DNA of 64,000 nt from an uncultured Methanoregulaceae archaeon (GCA_963841015.1 CAWJAX010000005.1:1-64000), one strand, 5' to 3'; counted from the first letter of the stretch, positions 31,596 to 46,909 are shown. A program made the numbers and translations. Notes: generated from the sequence alone by a model not told the origin.

Positions 31596-32237
31596 TTACC
31601 TGCCACGCCAGAACATGATTATCAATACAAGACCGATTGCGAAAATACCGGTAGTCACCGATAATCCGTTGGACTTTGACGGGGATGGCAGAATAATGAC
31701 TGGAGAGGGAGCGAGGGGCACAGCCTTTGTGGCGGTTGCCGGTTCCCCTTGTAGTGGCTGGCTGATCAAGATCGTACTGTCCGGAACCACACCGCCGGAA
31801 TTATCTATCTCTTTTACCAGCAATACCATCCCCTGATTAGCCTGCGTCAACGGAACGACGCCATCTATTGTAACATCAAGTGAGACATCCTGGTTTGTGG
31901 AATAGGAGAGGAGAGCCCCGTTCACAAACACTGTAGCACCCGAGCCGCTCTGCCGGGCGGCATTTCGGCCATCGACGAGGACCTGGATATTCCATTGTGC
32001 ATTCACCAGCTCAGTCTGCATCTGAAGCTGATGCCCCGGAATGAACGTGGTTGCACCGGAAGGGCCGACGTAGTACCTGGCAGTGACGTGCTGTTGCCTG
32101 CCGATCAGGAGCGGAGGGTTGGGTGTGCAGGACACCCCGGTGAGTGTCATAATCGCGGTAGCGGGTATAGCCTGAAGCAGGATCACAACAATCGCAAGGG
32201 AGAAGAGGTTGATTCCACGGATCATACAGTTCAACAA
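31596..32237 (-). CDS. Secreted/surface protein with a C-terminal membrane anchor
   Basis: N-terminal signal peptide, Pro-rich linker, C-terminal TM helix and basic tail. Confidence 0.7.
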   Translation of the reverse strand: MLNCMIRGINLFSLAIVVILLQAIPATAIMTLTGVSCTPNPPLLIGRQQHVTARYYVGPSGATTFIPGHQLQMQTELVNAQWNIQVLVDGRNAARQSGSGATVFVNGALLSYSTNQDVSLDVTIDGVVPLTQANQGMVLLVKEIDNSGGVVPDSTILISQPLQGEPATATKAVPLAPSPVIILPSPSKSNGLSVTTGIFAIGLVLIIMFWRGR

Positions 32238-32277
32238 AGGGAGATCTGCTTAAAAAAAGTATTAGTTTGTGTTACGG

Positions 32278-33231
32278 TTACCGGTTCAACGTGTCCTGGG
32301 TATATGCCCCGATATTGCCGATTGCCCGCTGACCTTCGGGTATTTCCTGGGCGAATACCTGCCAGCAGTGAAACATCCCCTCCCAGAGTTCGAACTGGAC
32401 GGGAACTCCTGCCCAGCGTGCTTTCTCGACGAATGTGGCTATATCCGATAACAGCAATTCATGGGTGCCGGCCTGAATATAGAGTCTGGGGAGACCGTTG
32501 AGATGTGCAAAGACGGGGGATGCAAAGGGATCCTTCGGATCATGGCCCGCAAGGTATACCGTTCTGATTGCTTCGAGTCTTTCCAGGGTGAGCCAGTCAT
32601 TTTCAAGGTTCTTTTTCACCGACTCCCCGGAAAAAAGCATGTCCACGACAGGTGACATGCAGATCCCGGCAAGGGGAAGAGGCAGTTTCCGATCGCGTGC
32701 GGAGAGTAAAAGATCGAGAACGAGCGTTCCTCCTGCCGAAATTCCAACCGGGATAATGCGGTGCGGCATGGTGCCATGGGTAATCAGGTAGCGATATGCA
32801 TCAAGGGCATCTTCAACTGCTGCTGGAAAAACACTTTCCGGTGCCAGCCGGTAATCGACGGAGAAAACCTGTGCCCGGGCTTCCCGGGCAAGCCGGATAC
32901 ACAATCCCAGATAGTCCTTTGTCGAGCCAAGCGTGAAACCACCTCCATGGAAAAAAAGAATCGTGTGACCCGTCACCGCTTCCGGAACATCGATCCAGTA
33001 GCCAAAGACACCCTTGGAGATCTCCACACGTTCGGTAATCATGTACTCTCCCCGATCGTCCTGCATTGATTCGTAGAATGCAGAATGATCTTTCCGTACC
33101 AGGGAGACTGGCCTCTTCTGGTCGGGATTATGGGATTTGATGAGGGTAAGCAGGTCTACCGTTGAATCACTTATCATTAATCTGGTTATGGTGAAGGAGG
33201 AAGATAAAGGAAGAGGGTTCATGCCCTTCAT
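32278..33231 (-). CDS. Alpha/beta hydrolase (HSL-family esterase)
   Basis: Motifs HGGG, DYRLAPE, GISAG and GMFH; start may be about 33177. Confidence 0.88.
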   Translation of the reverse strand: MKGMNPLPLSSSFTITRLMISDSTVDLLTLIKSHNPDQKRPVSLVRKDHSAFYESMQDDRGEYMITERVEISKGVFGYWIDVPEAVTGHTILFFHGGGFTLGSTKDYLGLCIRLAREARAQVFSVDYRLAPESVFPAAVEDALDAYRYLITHGTMPHRIIPVGISAGGTLVLDLLLSARDRKLPLPLAGICMSPVVDMLFSGESVKKNLENDWLTLERLEAIRTVYLAGHDPKDPFASPVFAHLNGLPRLYIQAGTHELLLSDIATFVEKARWAGVPVQFELWEGMFHCWQVFAQEIPEGQRAIGNIGAYTQDTLNR

Positions 33232-33439
33232 GGGATAACAGGGGGTTTTTCAAATATCCCGTAAATGCCGCATTACCCCCGCAAAACCAGGGGTAGAACG
33301 AAAAAAATCCCTGTTTGAGGTTTTTTTCGAAATTCTTTAATATAATCGTACATAAACTACCATCTTAATCCCGACATCGGCATCCCCCAGTCGGGGATGA
33401 GGTTGTCAGGCAATTCCACCGTAGAGGGAGGGAGTAGTT

Positions 33440-34033
33440 TTGAAGATTTCACGTGTAAGTATCATCGCAATCGTGCTGGTTGTAATTGCTGTTGCAATTG
33501 CAGGATGTTCGAGCACAAGTCCGACCACCCCTGCAACCGGAGGGACTCCGGCAGCCACGCCTGCTGCAGGAGCTCCGTCAGGGACTACCGCAGCGCAGTC
33601 TGGAGGATCCGTCAGTGGGGGACAGTTATTTGGGGGTGTTGGATATAACTGGGTCGAGTACAGGATGTCTACCGGTTCCGGATCCGATGCTATGACGATT
33701 TATTATAAATATGACAAACAGACCGGAAAATGCACAATGCGTTTTGAAGGGGCAAAAAAAATTGAGGGAATGCCCACTGAGATGGACTGCAGCTCGACCG
33801 GAGGAGCAAAAACGCAGGGTGACCCCAACCAGGTGAACCCGGATGTGAAGTTCGTTAAAGTTGGTACGGAAGTTGTGACCGTACCTGCAGGAACATTTAC
33901 TGCAGACAAATACACTGCGACATACCAGGGCGTCACCGCCACCTACTGGTTTGTAAATGGCAAGCCCCTGATCAAGATGGCCGGTGGGGATGCAACAGGT
34001 TCCATGAACATGGAACTGAATGCAATGGGATGA
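33440..34033 (+). CDS. Hypothetical lipoprotein
   Basis: TTG start after a GGAGGGAG RBS; lipobox IAGC, T/P/A linker and the motif VTVPAGTF. Confidence 0.75.
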   Translation: MKISRVSIIAIVLVVIAVAIAGCSSTSPTTPATGGTPAATPAAGAPSGTTAAQSGGSVSGGQLFGGVGYNWVEYRMSTGSGSDAMTIYYKYDKQTGKCTMRFEGAKKIEGMPTEMDCSSTGGAKTQGDPNQVNPDVKFVKVGTEVVTVPAGTFTADKYTATYQGVTATYWFVNGKPLIKMAGGDATGSMNMELNAMG

Positions 34034-34123
34034 AAAAAGAATCCTGTTTCATCTTTTTTTTTGTGCATTACCATGAAATCCCGAAAATAACTGACATCGT
34101 TGTAAACAGTTCGCTCACCTTTC

Positions 34124-34939
34124 ATGAACTCTCCTCACGAACTCTACGTCCATGGTCGCTCAGACCTTGAAGCAGAACGCCTTCATTACCAGGCATCAAA
34201 ATTAGCTGAGCTGCTCCACCACGACACCTGTTACCCGCCAGGGTGCAGGGTGCTCGAGGCTGCATGCGGTGTTGGCGCCCAGACCATCCTCCTTGCCAGG
34301 AACAGTCCCGGTGTGGAATTTGTCTCTGTTGATATCTCCCGGGAATCCCTCATCAGGGCAAAACGTCGTGTTTCTGAGGAGGGAATCACCAACGTCACGT
34401 TTCGTCAGGCTGATATCTACCATTTACCCTTCAGGCCTGAAACCTTCGACCATATATTCGTGTGTTTCCTGCTTGAGCACCTGCCGGATCCGCTCCTGTC
34501 TATCACACGCATGAAGGAGATCCTCCGCCCGGGAGGGTCCATAACATTCATTGAAGGAGACCATGGCTCCGCATTGTTTTTCCCGGACAGCAGGGATGCT
34601 CATACCGTTATCGACTGCCTTGTTCAGCTCCAGCGGGAGATGGGGGGAAATGCTCTCATCGGCAGAGAACTCTGGCACCTGATGACTGATGCCGGGTTTG
34701 TAAAAGTCGCAGTCTCGCCGCGGATAGTCTACGCTGACAGGAGCCGCCCGGAGTATACTGAAGGGGTGAAAAATATTTTCATTGCAATGGTTGAGGGAAT
34801 ACGGGAGCAGGCTGTTGCCCGGGGCATGGTCGATAGTGAAACGTGGAAGAGGGGAATCAGGGATTTATACCGGACTACAGAGCAGGACGGTACTTTCTGT
34901 TATACGTTTTTCAAGGCAACAGGCTCAAAGGAATTATAG
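34124..34939 (+). CDS. Class I SAM-dependent methyltransferase
   Basis: Motifs VLEAACGVG, LEHLPDP and LRPGG. Confidence 0.88.
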   Translation: MNSPHELYVHGRSDLEAERLHYQASKLAELLHHDTCYPPGCRVLEAACGVGAQTILLARNSPGVEFVSVDISRESLIRAKRRVSEEGITNVTFRQADIYHLPFRPETFDHIFVCFLLEHLPDPLLSITRMKEILRPGGSITFIEGDHGSALFFPDSRDAHTVIDCLVQLQREMGGNALIGRELWHLMTDAGFVKVAVSPRIVYADRSRPEYTEGVKNIFIAMVEGIREQAVARGMVDSETWKRGIRDLYRTTEQDGTFCYTFFKATGSKEL

Positions 34940-35045
34940 GGGGCAGTAGAGAGAAAACAGGATTTTGCCTCCCTGCTATTTTTCCATCACGTCATTAAAT
35001 TCAATTGAACCGTCATCTTCGAAATTGCATCCATTTAAAGGGGAT

Positions 35046-35402
35046 TCAGATTTTTTTCACCAGAGAAATCAGCGATTCATTTCCGGTGGGTTTTGGCAGC
35101 GTACTTCCCTCCCCCTTCCCAAATACCAGTTTCTGAGACCATGAAGGGTGCATGCCGACAATAAAGAACAGAATGGCAATCAGGATAAATCCGAACTGGG
35201 CGACATCGATAAAAATGCTGTTTACTATGGTAAAAAAGAACAGATCAATAACTTCAATAATGGAATAAAGAAGGAGGAAAGACAGACCTGGCAGAAATTG
35301 GGGCTTATTCCATTTCACTGCAAGGACTACGGCAATGAGGGCAGTAATCATCTGAATAATTCCATAAAGTATAATGCTGGATGCCAGGAGGAGCGGGATC
35401 AT
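35046..35402 (-). CDS. Hypothetical membrane protein
   Basis: 118 aa with three hydrophobic segments. Confidence 0.65.
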   Translation of the reverse strand: MIPLLLASSIILYGIIQMITALIAVVLAVKWNKPQFLPGLSFLLLYSIIEVIDLFFFTIVNSIFIDVAQFGFILIAILFFIVGMHPSWSQKLVFGKGEGSTLPKPTGNESLISLVKKI

Positions 35403-35556
35403 GTCAATGTCAACCTTAGCGAAAGCATGAGCATTCTGACATATTTAATAGTTAGCATATAATTAAAAATATAGAATAAAAACAAGAGAATATTCTCCTG
35501 TTCCCAGAGCTAATATCAATGAACAGACAGAATTATTTTCCTTGACAATACGAATT

Positions 35557-36246
35557 TTATAAAATTTTTTTGGGGATATATCGTGCCCAGATAATTCCCT
35601 GATCAAGCACTTCACTATTTTGAAGAACCAGGGGAACTTGTGAACTAAGCATTCCTGCCTTTACTGGATCGAATAGGGTCGGATCTGGCTGCCCTCCGGC
35701 AAGGAATGGATGGATCAACACACTTAATTCGTCAACGAGTCCGGAATTCAGGAGCACGCTGTTGAGCGTCCCACCGCTATCAACCCGGACTGTGGCAACA
35801 CCGTAATCCCGTTTCAGCACCTCCATGGCTGCACGCACATCTATGCGATCTGAACCAGTGACAATAGCAGCAATCTTTCTTTCTCCAAGATAGTTTCGGT
35901 ATTCCTGCGGGGTCGAAGACGAACACAAGGCCAGAACATCCCGCATATAAGGCCATTTCCGGATAGCATCCCAGCAGCGCACCCTTCCCCGGCTGTCAGC
36001 AATGACCAGCAGCGGGCGGGGATCAGATTCTGTATTTTCAGGAGGGCGAAATATTTCTTCATGTTCCGGGGGGACTTCCAGCGAAGGGTTATCCCGGACG
36101 GCGGCAAGGACGGTTTCGCTCCCAAAGAGTATGGCATCTGGATTCCATCGTGCAGCAAGCGCATAGTAAAGATCAAGGTCAGCGGGAAAATTCGTGATCC
36201 GGCCATCAAGGCTCATGGCAGTGTGAAGAATAACGCGGGGAAGCAT
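35557..36246 (-). CDS. RibD C-terminal-domain (pyrimidine reductase/DHFR-fold) protein
   Basis: Motifs AMSLDGRI, DSRGR and DSGGTLN...GLVDE. Confidence 0.85.
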   Translation of the reverse strand: MLPRVILHTAMSLDGRITNFPADLDLYYALAARWNPDAILFGSETVLAAVRDNPSLEVPPEHEEIFRPPENTESDPRPLLVIADSRGRVRCWDAIRKWPYMRDVLALCSSSTPQEYRNYLGERKIAAIVTGSDRIDVRAAMEVLKRDYGVATVRVDSGGTLNSVLLNSGLVDELSVLIHPFLAGGQPDPTLFDPVKAGMLSSQVPLVLQNSEVLDQGIIWARYIPKKIL

Positions 36247-36498
36247 GTGGTGACTCCAAAAGAAAATTTCACGGGTTCTTTATTTAAACAATGGTCGGGA
36301 GGTGTGAAAATAGGAAGGAAACGGATTTTTTTTTAGATATTCTGGAAAGGAGAAAAAGGAAATCGTAATTCCCAAAACTGTCACCCAGGTCGTGAACCTG
36401 ACGGTATCGCACAAAAGTCGATAATAACAGAATCAATGATGAGCATCCGCTTGTCAGGAAAATTTCTTAAGAACAGATTGCCGTTTAAGGAAGGAAGG

Positions 36499-36621
36499 TG
36501 ATAGCAGCTTGGTATGATTCCCGAGGACTCGCGTACCTCGGTACAACATACTACGTGAGCTGGCTTAACTTCTGGGTTCGGAATGAGACCAGGTGTGTCC
36601 CAGCTGCTATGGCCGCTATCA
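36499..36621 (-). rRNA. rrf: 5S rRNA
   Basis: GATAGCGGCCATAGC...CCGAACCCAGAAGTTAAGCC...GCTGCTATC; ends approximate. Confidence 0.95.
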
Positions 36622-36646
36622 CCACAAATACGGGGTAAAACCCCAA

Positions 36647-36718
36647 AGCCAAGGTCCGGATTTGAACCGGAGTGTAGTTGATCTGCAGTCAACCGCGTGG
36701 CCGCTCCGCCACCTTGGC
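36647..36718 (-). tRNA. tRNA-Cys(GCA)
   Basis: GCCAAGG...GTTGA-CTGCAGA-TCAAC...GTTCAAATCCGG.CCTTGGC. Confidence 0.95.
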
Positions 36719-36807
36719 GACCGTGTAGTTTGATACCCTATTTTCTATGTCAGGATAGGATATAAGGTTTGCACACAGAATTTCGTCTGGGTTTAACGTG
36801 GTGAGCA

Positions 36808-39718
<2,911 letters not shown>

Positions 39719-39833
39719 TGCTCCGCTAAACCCATTTAACGTCCTGTGTGCAAACCTTTACACGGCCTCAAAAAGTCATTGGTTTGACTCTCAGCCCTTC
39801 CCTCGTGATTCACATCCCGAGGTGCATCTAAAA

Positions 39834-39887
39834 CGGTTCATCAGGATTCGAACCCGTATTCTTTCACCCCATTTTGGTGATTGAACC
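39834..39887 (-). ncRNA. tRNA-like element (acceptor stem plus T arm, no D arm) in the 16S-23S spacer
   Basis: GGTTCA-A-TCACC(AAAATGG)GGTGA-AAGAATA-CGGG(TTCGAAT)CCTG-A-TGAACC-G. Confidence 0.6.
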
Positions 39888-39956
39888 TTATTATTGTCGA
39901 CACCGGCAATTTTACAGTTTGTTTAGCAACCGCGTAACCCAAAAATCAAATTCGTT

Positions 39957-41423
<1,467 letters not shown>

Positions 41424-41629
41424 TCATTTTGTACAATGTACGCACACTATATCTGAACTGTTTAAGGAATTAGCGGTTACTAAACAAATTTCCGCATTGC
41501 CAGTATCAACGTCAGAACCAACTCCGGTCATGCCGGATCTTGTTGGATCTCCATCAAAAATATTTGTTTTACAATTATTATCGTCGTGTTTTTTCTAATT
41601 AAACACAGGCCTATAGTGTAGGCTTCAGG

Positions 41630-41648
41630 ATTATTTATACCTTGTTGC
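41630..41648 (-). promoter_or_regulatory. Candidate BRE/TATA promoter of the rRNA operon
   Basis: Minus strand CAACAAGGTATAAATAAT about 210 nt upstream of the 16S gene. Confidence 0.35.
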
Positions 41649-42082
41649 CTGCACAGTTTTCTCTCCGAACCGACACCGGAATTTTTTCTGGTTTTCGTCG
41701 GTTCATCATCAGATCTTGTGGATCACATAATAACACATTCAAACACTTAAACGTTATCCATGGCCGGGCCTCCCTTTTCCACCCTTGATTTATCGATAAA
41801 AATTTATTTTTAAAAAAAATACCTTCTGAATGCTTCAATATAGCATTTTTAACCATATTTTCAGCATTTTTCGCACCAGTAAACAGTACCGCGTGGAACC
41901 CCTAATTCAGGCCAAGAAGAGTGTCCCGATAGTACGTTCGCTTGCAGAGCGCGTTCGTGTTTCCTGCGATTTTCTGACGGTAACCCTTTTTTTCCGGATT
42001 GCTTAAAATCAAAACCATGCCGCGATCGCGCAGATCATAGTTCGTACCTTATTTTTTTATAAGATTTTTATAAGAGATGGCA

Positions 42083-42967
42083 TCAGTTGTCTGCATGACA
42101 AATCTGCACAAAAACATCACCGAAAAACTCTTCCTGCCGCAGGGAACACCGCCCCTCAAGGGCAAGGAAGAGGAGCGGGATATAGACTTCCGGGATGCCC
42201 CACTCCATCTTCTCGCATAGCTCAGCCAGGGTCATCTCTTCATCGATCTCCAGACCTTCGAGATATTCTGCGAGCAGCACCATGGACGATTCCTGGTAGC
42301 CTTCATCATGGGCAATACTCACGACATCATCGGCGTAGATAAGATAATCGTCCCCCACATCCTTGAGACGGCGGCGCCTGCGCTCTTCTTTTTCGATGTT
42401 TTTCAGTTCAATGATCAGTTCAAAGAGCGTAACCGGGCTTTTTCGCAGGTTCTTCCGGTCGAGCCGCCGCTGTATCTCGTGTTCCAGCAGCTCGATAGGG
42501 CCAAGCCTCCCATGGTAATCTGTCTCAGAATCGAGTGCAAGGGCATAATCTTCTCCGTACGATTCGTCATCTTCATCAAGGCCTTCTATAGCAGGATCTG
42601 ACTGGAGTTCGAGTTGTTCTGACTTCATGCGCAACAGGGTTGCGGCATAAAAGAGCGTACGTCCGGAGACCTGCAGGTTAAGTTGCCGGCATCGTTCAAG
42701 TTCAGACAGGAACCGGTCGGTCACTTCGATAATATTAATATTCCATGGATCGATTTCACCCCGCTCAGCAAGTCCCACCAGAATCTCAACCGGGTCTTCA
42801 ATAACACCTGACAGGGATGATTCGGAGGGTTCAGATACCAAAGAAGAATCCTCAGGGGCTCCCGAAGGATCCGGTTCAGGGGGGGTTTCTAAGCCTGGGG
42901 TTTCACGCTCGAGCGGGGAGATGTCGGGGGGATTGTTACCGGGTTTATTCTCATAAGGATCAGCCAT
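42083..42967 (-). CDS. scpA: Segregation and condensation protein A (kleisin)
   Basis: DPVEILV.LAERGEIDPWNINI, ATLLRMKS and QEEFFGD; overlaps the end of smc. Confidence 0.9.
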   Translation of the reverse strand: MADPYENKPGNNPPDISPLERETPGLETPPEPDPSGAPEDSSLVSEPSESSLSGVIEDPVEILVGLAERGEIDPWNINIIEVTDRFLSELERCRQLNLQVSGRTLFYAATLLRMKSEQLELQSDPAIEGLDEDDESYGEDYALALDSETDYHGRLGPIELLEHEIQRRLDRKNLRKSPVTLFELIIELKNIEKEERRRRRLKDVGDDYLIYADDVVSIAHDEGYQESSMVLLAEYLEGLEIDEEMTLAELCEKMEWGIPEVYIPLLFLALEGRCSLRQEEFFGDVFVQICHADN

Positions 42968-45900
42968 TCGCTTTTACTCCGGTAACGAGCGTGCTTTTAT
43001 CCGGTCGCAATGTAACACCCATGATCCGTTGTGCTGCCTCAATCATCGGTTTGCGCAGGGAGACAATGACAAATTGCGATTGGGGCGAAAGCTCTGTGAT
43101 CATTGAAGAGATGCGCTCGACATTGGATCCGTCAAGCGACATGTCTACTTCATCGAATGCATAGAAGGGTGCAGGGATATACCGCTGGATTGAGAAGATG
43201 AATGCCAGGGTGGTCAGTGATTTTTCTCCTCCGGATAGTGAGGATAAGAGATGTACCTTCTTGTCGCGGGGTTGTACAGCAAACGTCATGCCACCGGTAA
43301 AAGGATCTTCCTCGTTCTCGAGGATCAGGTGCCCGCTTCCGCTCGTGAGCCTGGCAAATATCTCCCGGAAATTGGTGTCAATGGCGCGAAACGCGGTTGT
43401 GAAGGCTTCATACTTCATCTGTTCAAATTTCTCTATGCGCTCGATCAGGGTTGTACGTTCGCGGGAAAGGGTTTCTTTTCGCTCCGTTCGTTCCCCGACC
43501 TGACGCTGCACTTTCTCATACTCTTCAATCGCGAGCATATTCACCGCCCCGATCTTACGCAGCGCTCCATCAGCCTCAGCGATCTTTCCTTCAATCTCTG
43601 ACAACGAGAGGGTTGTGTCCATATCCCCTACCTGGTGCCTGAGCATATCCACTTCGATTCCGAGTGTCCTGGCCCGCTCTTCAATAGCCACCATCTGGAT
43701 GGTGATCCTTTCTTTATCGGCATCGAACTTCATGAGCTTTAATTCAGAGTCCTGAATCTGCTGCGAGGCTTCGGATCGCCTGGCACGTAATTCATCAAGC
43801 TCACCTGAGAACTCTTTTTGCCGTTCTTCAAGTGCGGCAATCTGCAATTTGTGAACTGCAATCTGTTCATTTGATCCTGCGATATCTGCATCGATCTGAC
43901 CGTTGCGTTCGTCCTGCCGTTTGCGATCATCGCCCAGTTCGACAAGACGGGCGGTGAAATGCTGCCGCTCGCGCTGGGCATCATTAATATCCCCGTCCTT
44001 GTTTCGCAACCGTCGTTCGGACTCTTCGATCTCTTTCTTTTTCTTCTCTATCTGATCAGTGAGCACCGGAATATTGGTATCATCAAGACGTTTCTTGAGC
44101 TCATCTATCCGGGAGGTGATCTCATTGATGGATTCCGTGGTTTTGTCAATATCTGTTTCGAGCAGGGTGAGTTCTGCGGCACCGTTCTTCGTCTCTTCCT
44201 GCTGCCGTGCAACAGACTGCCTCTATGGTCTGCTTTTCGACCGTGATAGCTTCGAACCTGCGGGAAAATTCCTCGGTGAACATCCCCAGGCGGGCGATCT
44301 TCTGCTCGATCTCGTTGCGGGTCGACCGCTTTGTATCCACTTCTTCGGTCAGCCTTTTTACGCCTGCTTCAAGCGTTGCCGCTTCCCCCTGCAGCTCCCC
44401 AAGATGTGCACGTACACGGAATATCTCATCATCAACGGCGGCACCGAATCCTCTTCCACCCTGTTTCTTTGTCGCACCACCCGTCATTGCACCGCTCTTT
44501 TCGAGCAGTTCGCCCTCGAGCGTTACCATCCGGTACCTGCCAATGAGTTTGCGGGCTCGTTCAAGCGTATCGACAACAACGGTTGATCCGAGTGCAACGG
44601 CAAACGCCCGGTCATACCTTGGGTCGTACTCGACCAGATTGATCGCGTAATCGATAATACCCGGCTCTTTTAACGGGGGAAGTGCAGGAGGTTTTAATTT
44701 ATTGAGCGGGAGAAAGGTAACGCGACCGAGCCGCTCTTCTTTTAAGTGCCTGATGGCATCTGCTGCCACCTGATCATCATCGCAGACAACAAACTGGAGC
44801 CTGTTTCCTGCAGCAATATTAAGAGAAGTTGCATACTCTGCAGGTGCTTTCCCAAGGTCAGCGATCGTGCCATGTACATGTTCCATGGCCATAACCGCTT
44901 CGATCGCCCTGCCTCCGGATTCACCCCTCGCCTGCTGTGCCGCTTCAAGACGGAATGCATCCTGTTCATTGTCACGGATCTCGTTACGGAGGCGTTCCAG
45001 CGATGACCGCTGTGCAAACATAGCTCCTTCCAGCTCTGACAGATTGCGATCCAGTTCTTTTTTACCAGCAAGAAGGTCCCCTGCGCTCTTTTCACTGTCC
45101 GTGAGCTGGCTCTGCTTTGCTGTGTACCTCTTCATCCAGCTGTCTGAGAAGCAGCATAAGACGCTCGAGTTCCGTAGTGCGCATCCGGCTCTTCTCAATA
45201 TGCATATCCTGCTGGTGAAGGATTTCCGATCGCTGCCCCCTCTTCTCCTCAAGGTCATGCAACAGGGCGAACAATTTTTCGCGGGCGCCCTCAGTATCCT
45301 CCCCGTGTTGCCGGATCTCGGACTCGAACTTTTCAAGCTGCGCTTTGGCGGCAGCAATCTCCATGGCAAGGTTTGTCCGGTCAATGGATAACGTGCGAAT
45401 CTGATCCGTGCATTCCGCCACCCTGGCTTCGGCACGTTTGGTATCCATGTAGACACGATTGATTGCCTCAAGATTGGTCTCCTTTTCCTTGCGGAGGCGC
45501 ACGATGGTCTGATCTGAAAGTTTGATCCCGCTTTTTGCCTCCTCGAGTTCGGCGATAAGTTTGAGATAGTCAGACCCGCTCTTTTTGTTAATCAGGTCAT
45601 CAATATCTTTTAAATCAGCCTTAAGGTAGGAAAGTTCATTCTCTTCCAGGCTCCGGTCGGCGCCAATGCGGGTGAGCATAATCCTGTGCTCATCAGTGGA
45701 TCTGGTGAGAGATGCCAGCTCTTTTTCCCGGTCGTGGAGCTGGGCGGCAGCCCTGCAGTTTTGGAAAAAAGAGAGATCCTTTTGCCATTTCTGGTATTCG
45801 AGGGCGTGCTCCCGTTCGCGTCTGAGTTCATTTACTCTCCTGGTGAGCTCGAGCAGGAGAAGCTCTTCACGTTCTATCCGTTCCCTCACGATATCAAGTT

Positions 45901-46405
45901 CGGAAAGAGACTGCTGCTTTTTAAGATCAAATTCCGAAACACCCGCAATCTCATCGATAATCTTTCGCCGCTCGAAATCACTCATTTCCATGATTCGGGT
46001 TACATCACCCTGCATGACGACATTGTAGCCATGAGGTTTTATCCCGTGCTTTGAAAGGTGATCGACGATGTCGCTCTGCTTGCAGAGCCGTTCATTGAGG
46101 TAATTATAACTGTAGTACCCGTTGCTGGTACGTTTGATTCTTCTTTTGATCTTCGTCCCATCGGAAAATTCGAGTGCTACCTCTGCGGTGTTCCGGCCGG
46201 AATTGAGGTTGATAAGATCGGTAAGCTTCTCGGCACGGAGATTGCGTGAGCTCGAGAGAGCAAGTACAAAAAGGATGGAATCGATGATGTTGCTTTTCCC
46301 GGAACCATTGGGCCCGGAAATAACGGTAAAGCCCCCTAAAAAGGGGATTTTTGTCTTTTTAGAAAAAGACTTGAAATTGTCAATCTCCAGTTCGGTGATA
46401 TGCAA
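42960..46405 (-). CDS. smc: Chromosome segregation protein SMC (apparent frameshifts near 45125, 44215 and 44065)
   Basis: NFKSF, GPNGSGKSN, Q-loop MQGD, hinge GRVTFLPL/GAMTGG, LSGGEKS and FDEVD are spread over successive frames. Confidence 0.93.
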
Positions 46406-46417
46406 AGATCCGGCTCC

Positions 46418-46909
46418 TTACTTCTTTGCAGGATCCTTCTTGTCTTCCTCTGCGGCCACGATGAGATCGCCCTGTTTTGACTTGACGGATACCCCCTTCT
46501 TGCTTTTCCCGTATCCTGGCGATGCAACTATGTAGTTTTTGTCACCCCGCCTTTCTTCCAGTTTCATGGTTCCATCCGATTGCATGATCATGTCCATGGA
46601 GGGCTCTGGTGGCGCTGCGGGAGTATCAGAGGGGCGGGCACCTTTACGCATTACGACTGTGCTTGAAGCGGCAGGAGTACCGGTTGATGGAGCAGGCAGC
46701 GGCTGTACACCCTGAACAACCGGTGGCCCCCGTTTAGCATCCTGCCTGCTGCGTTCTTCGGTCTGTTTGGACATTTTCATTGCTACAGACTTGAGATCGA
46801 GAAGCTCCTGGGTTAACCCCTTGACGAGTGCTTCCAAATCTCTCACCTTTTTTTCAATCGCAACAATTCGCTCCTCAGTTGCAGCTCCGGTTCCTGAAAT
46901 TTCCAGCAT
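46418..46909 (-). CDS. Hypothetical coiled-coil/low-complexity protein directly upstream of smc
   Basis: Heptad segment RIVAIEKKVRDLEALVKGLTQELLDLK; GGAG RBS; 12 bp from the smc start. Confidence 0.75.
   Translation of the reverse strand: MLEISGTGAATEERIVAIEKKVRDLEALVKGLTQELLDLKSVAMKMSKQTEERSRQDAKRGPPVVQGVQPLPAPSTGTPAASSTVVMRKGARPSDTPAAPPEPSMDMIMQSDGTMKLEERRGDKNYIVASPGYGKSKKGVSVKSKQGDLIVAAEEDKKDPAKK

Noticed and set aside
35557-36246. RibD-like protein as the missing dihydrofolate reductase
   Set aside because: Only the shared fold supports it; it is 11 kb from the folate genes and such paralogues are common
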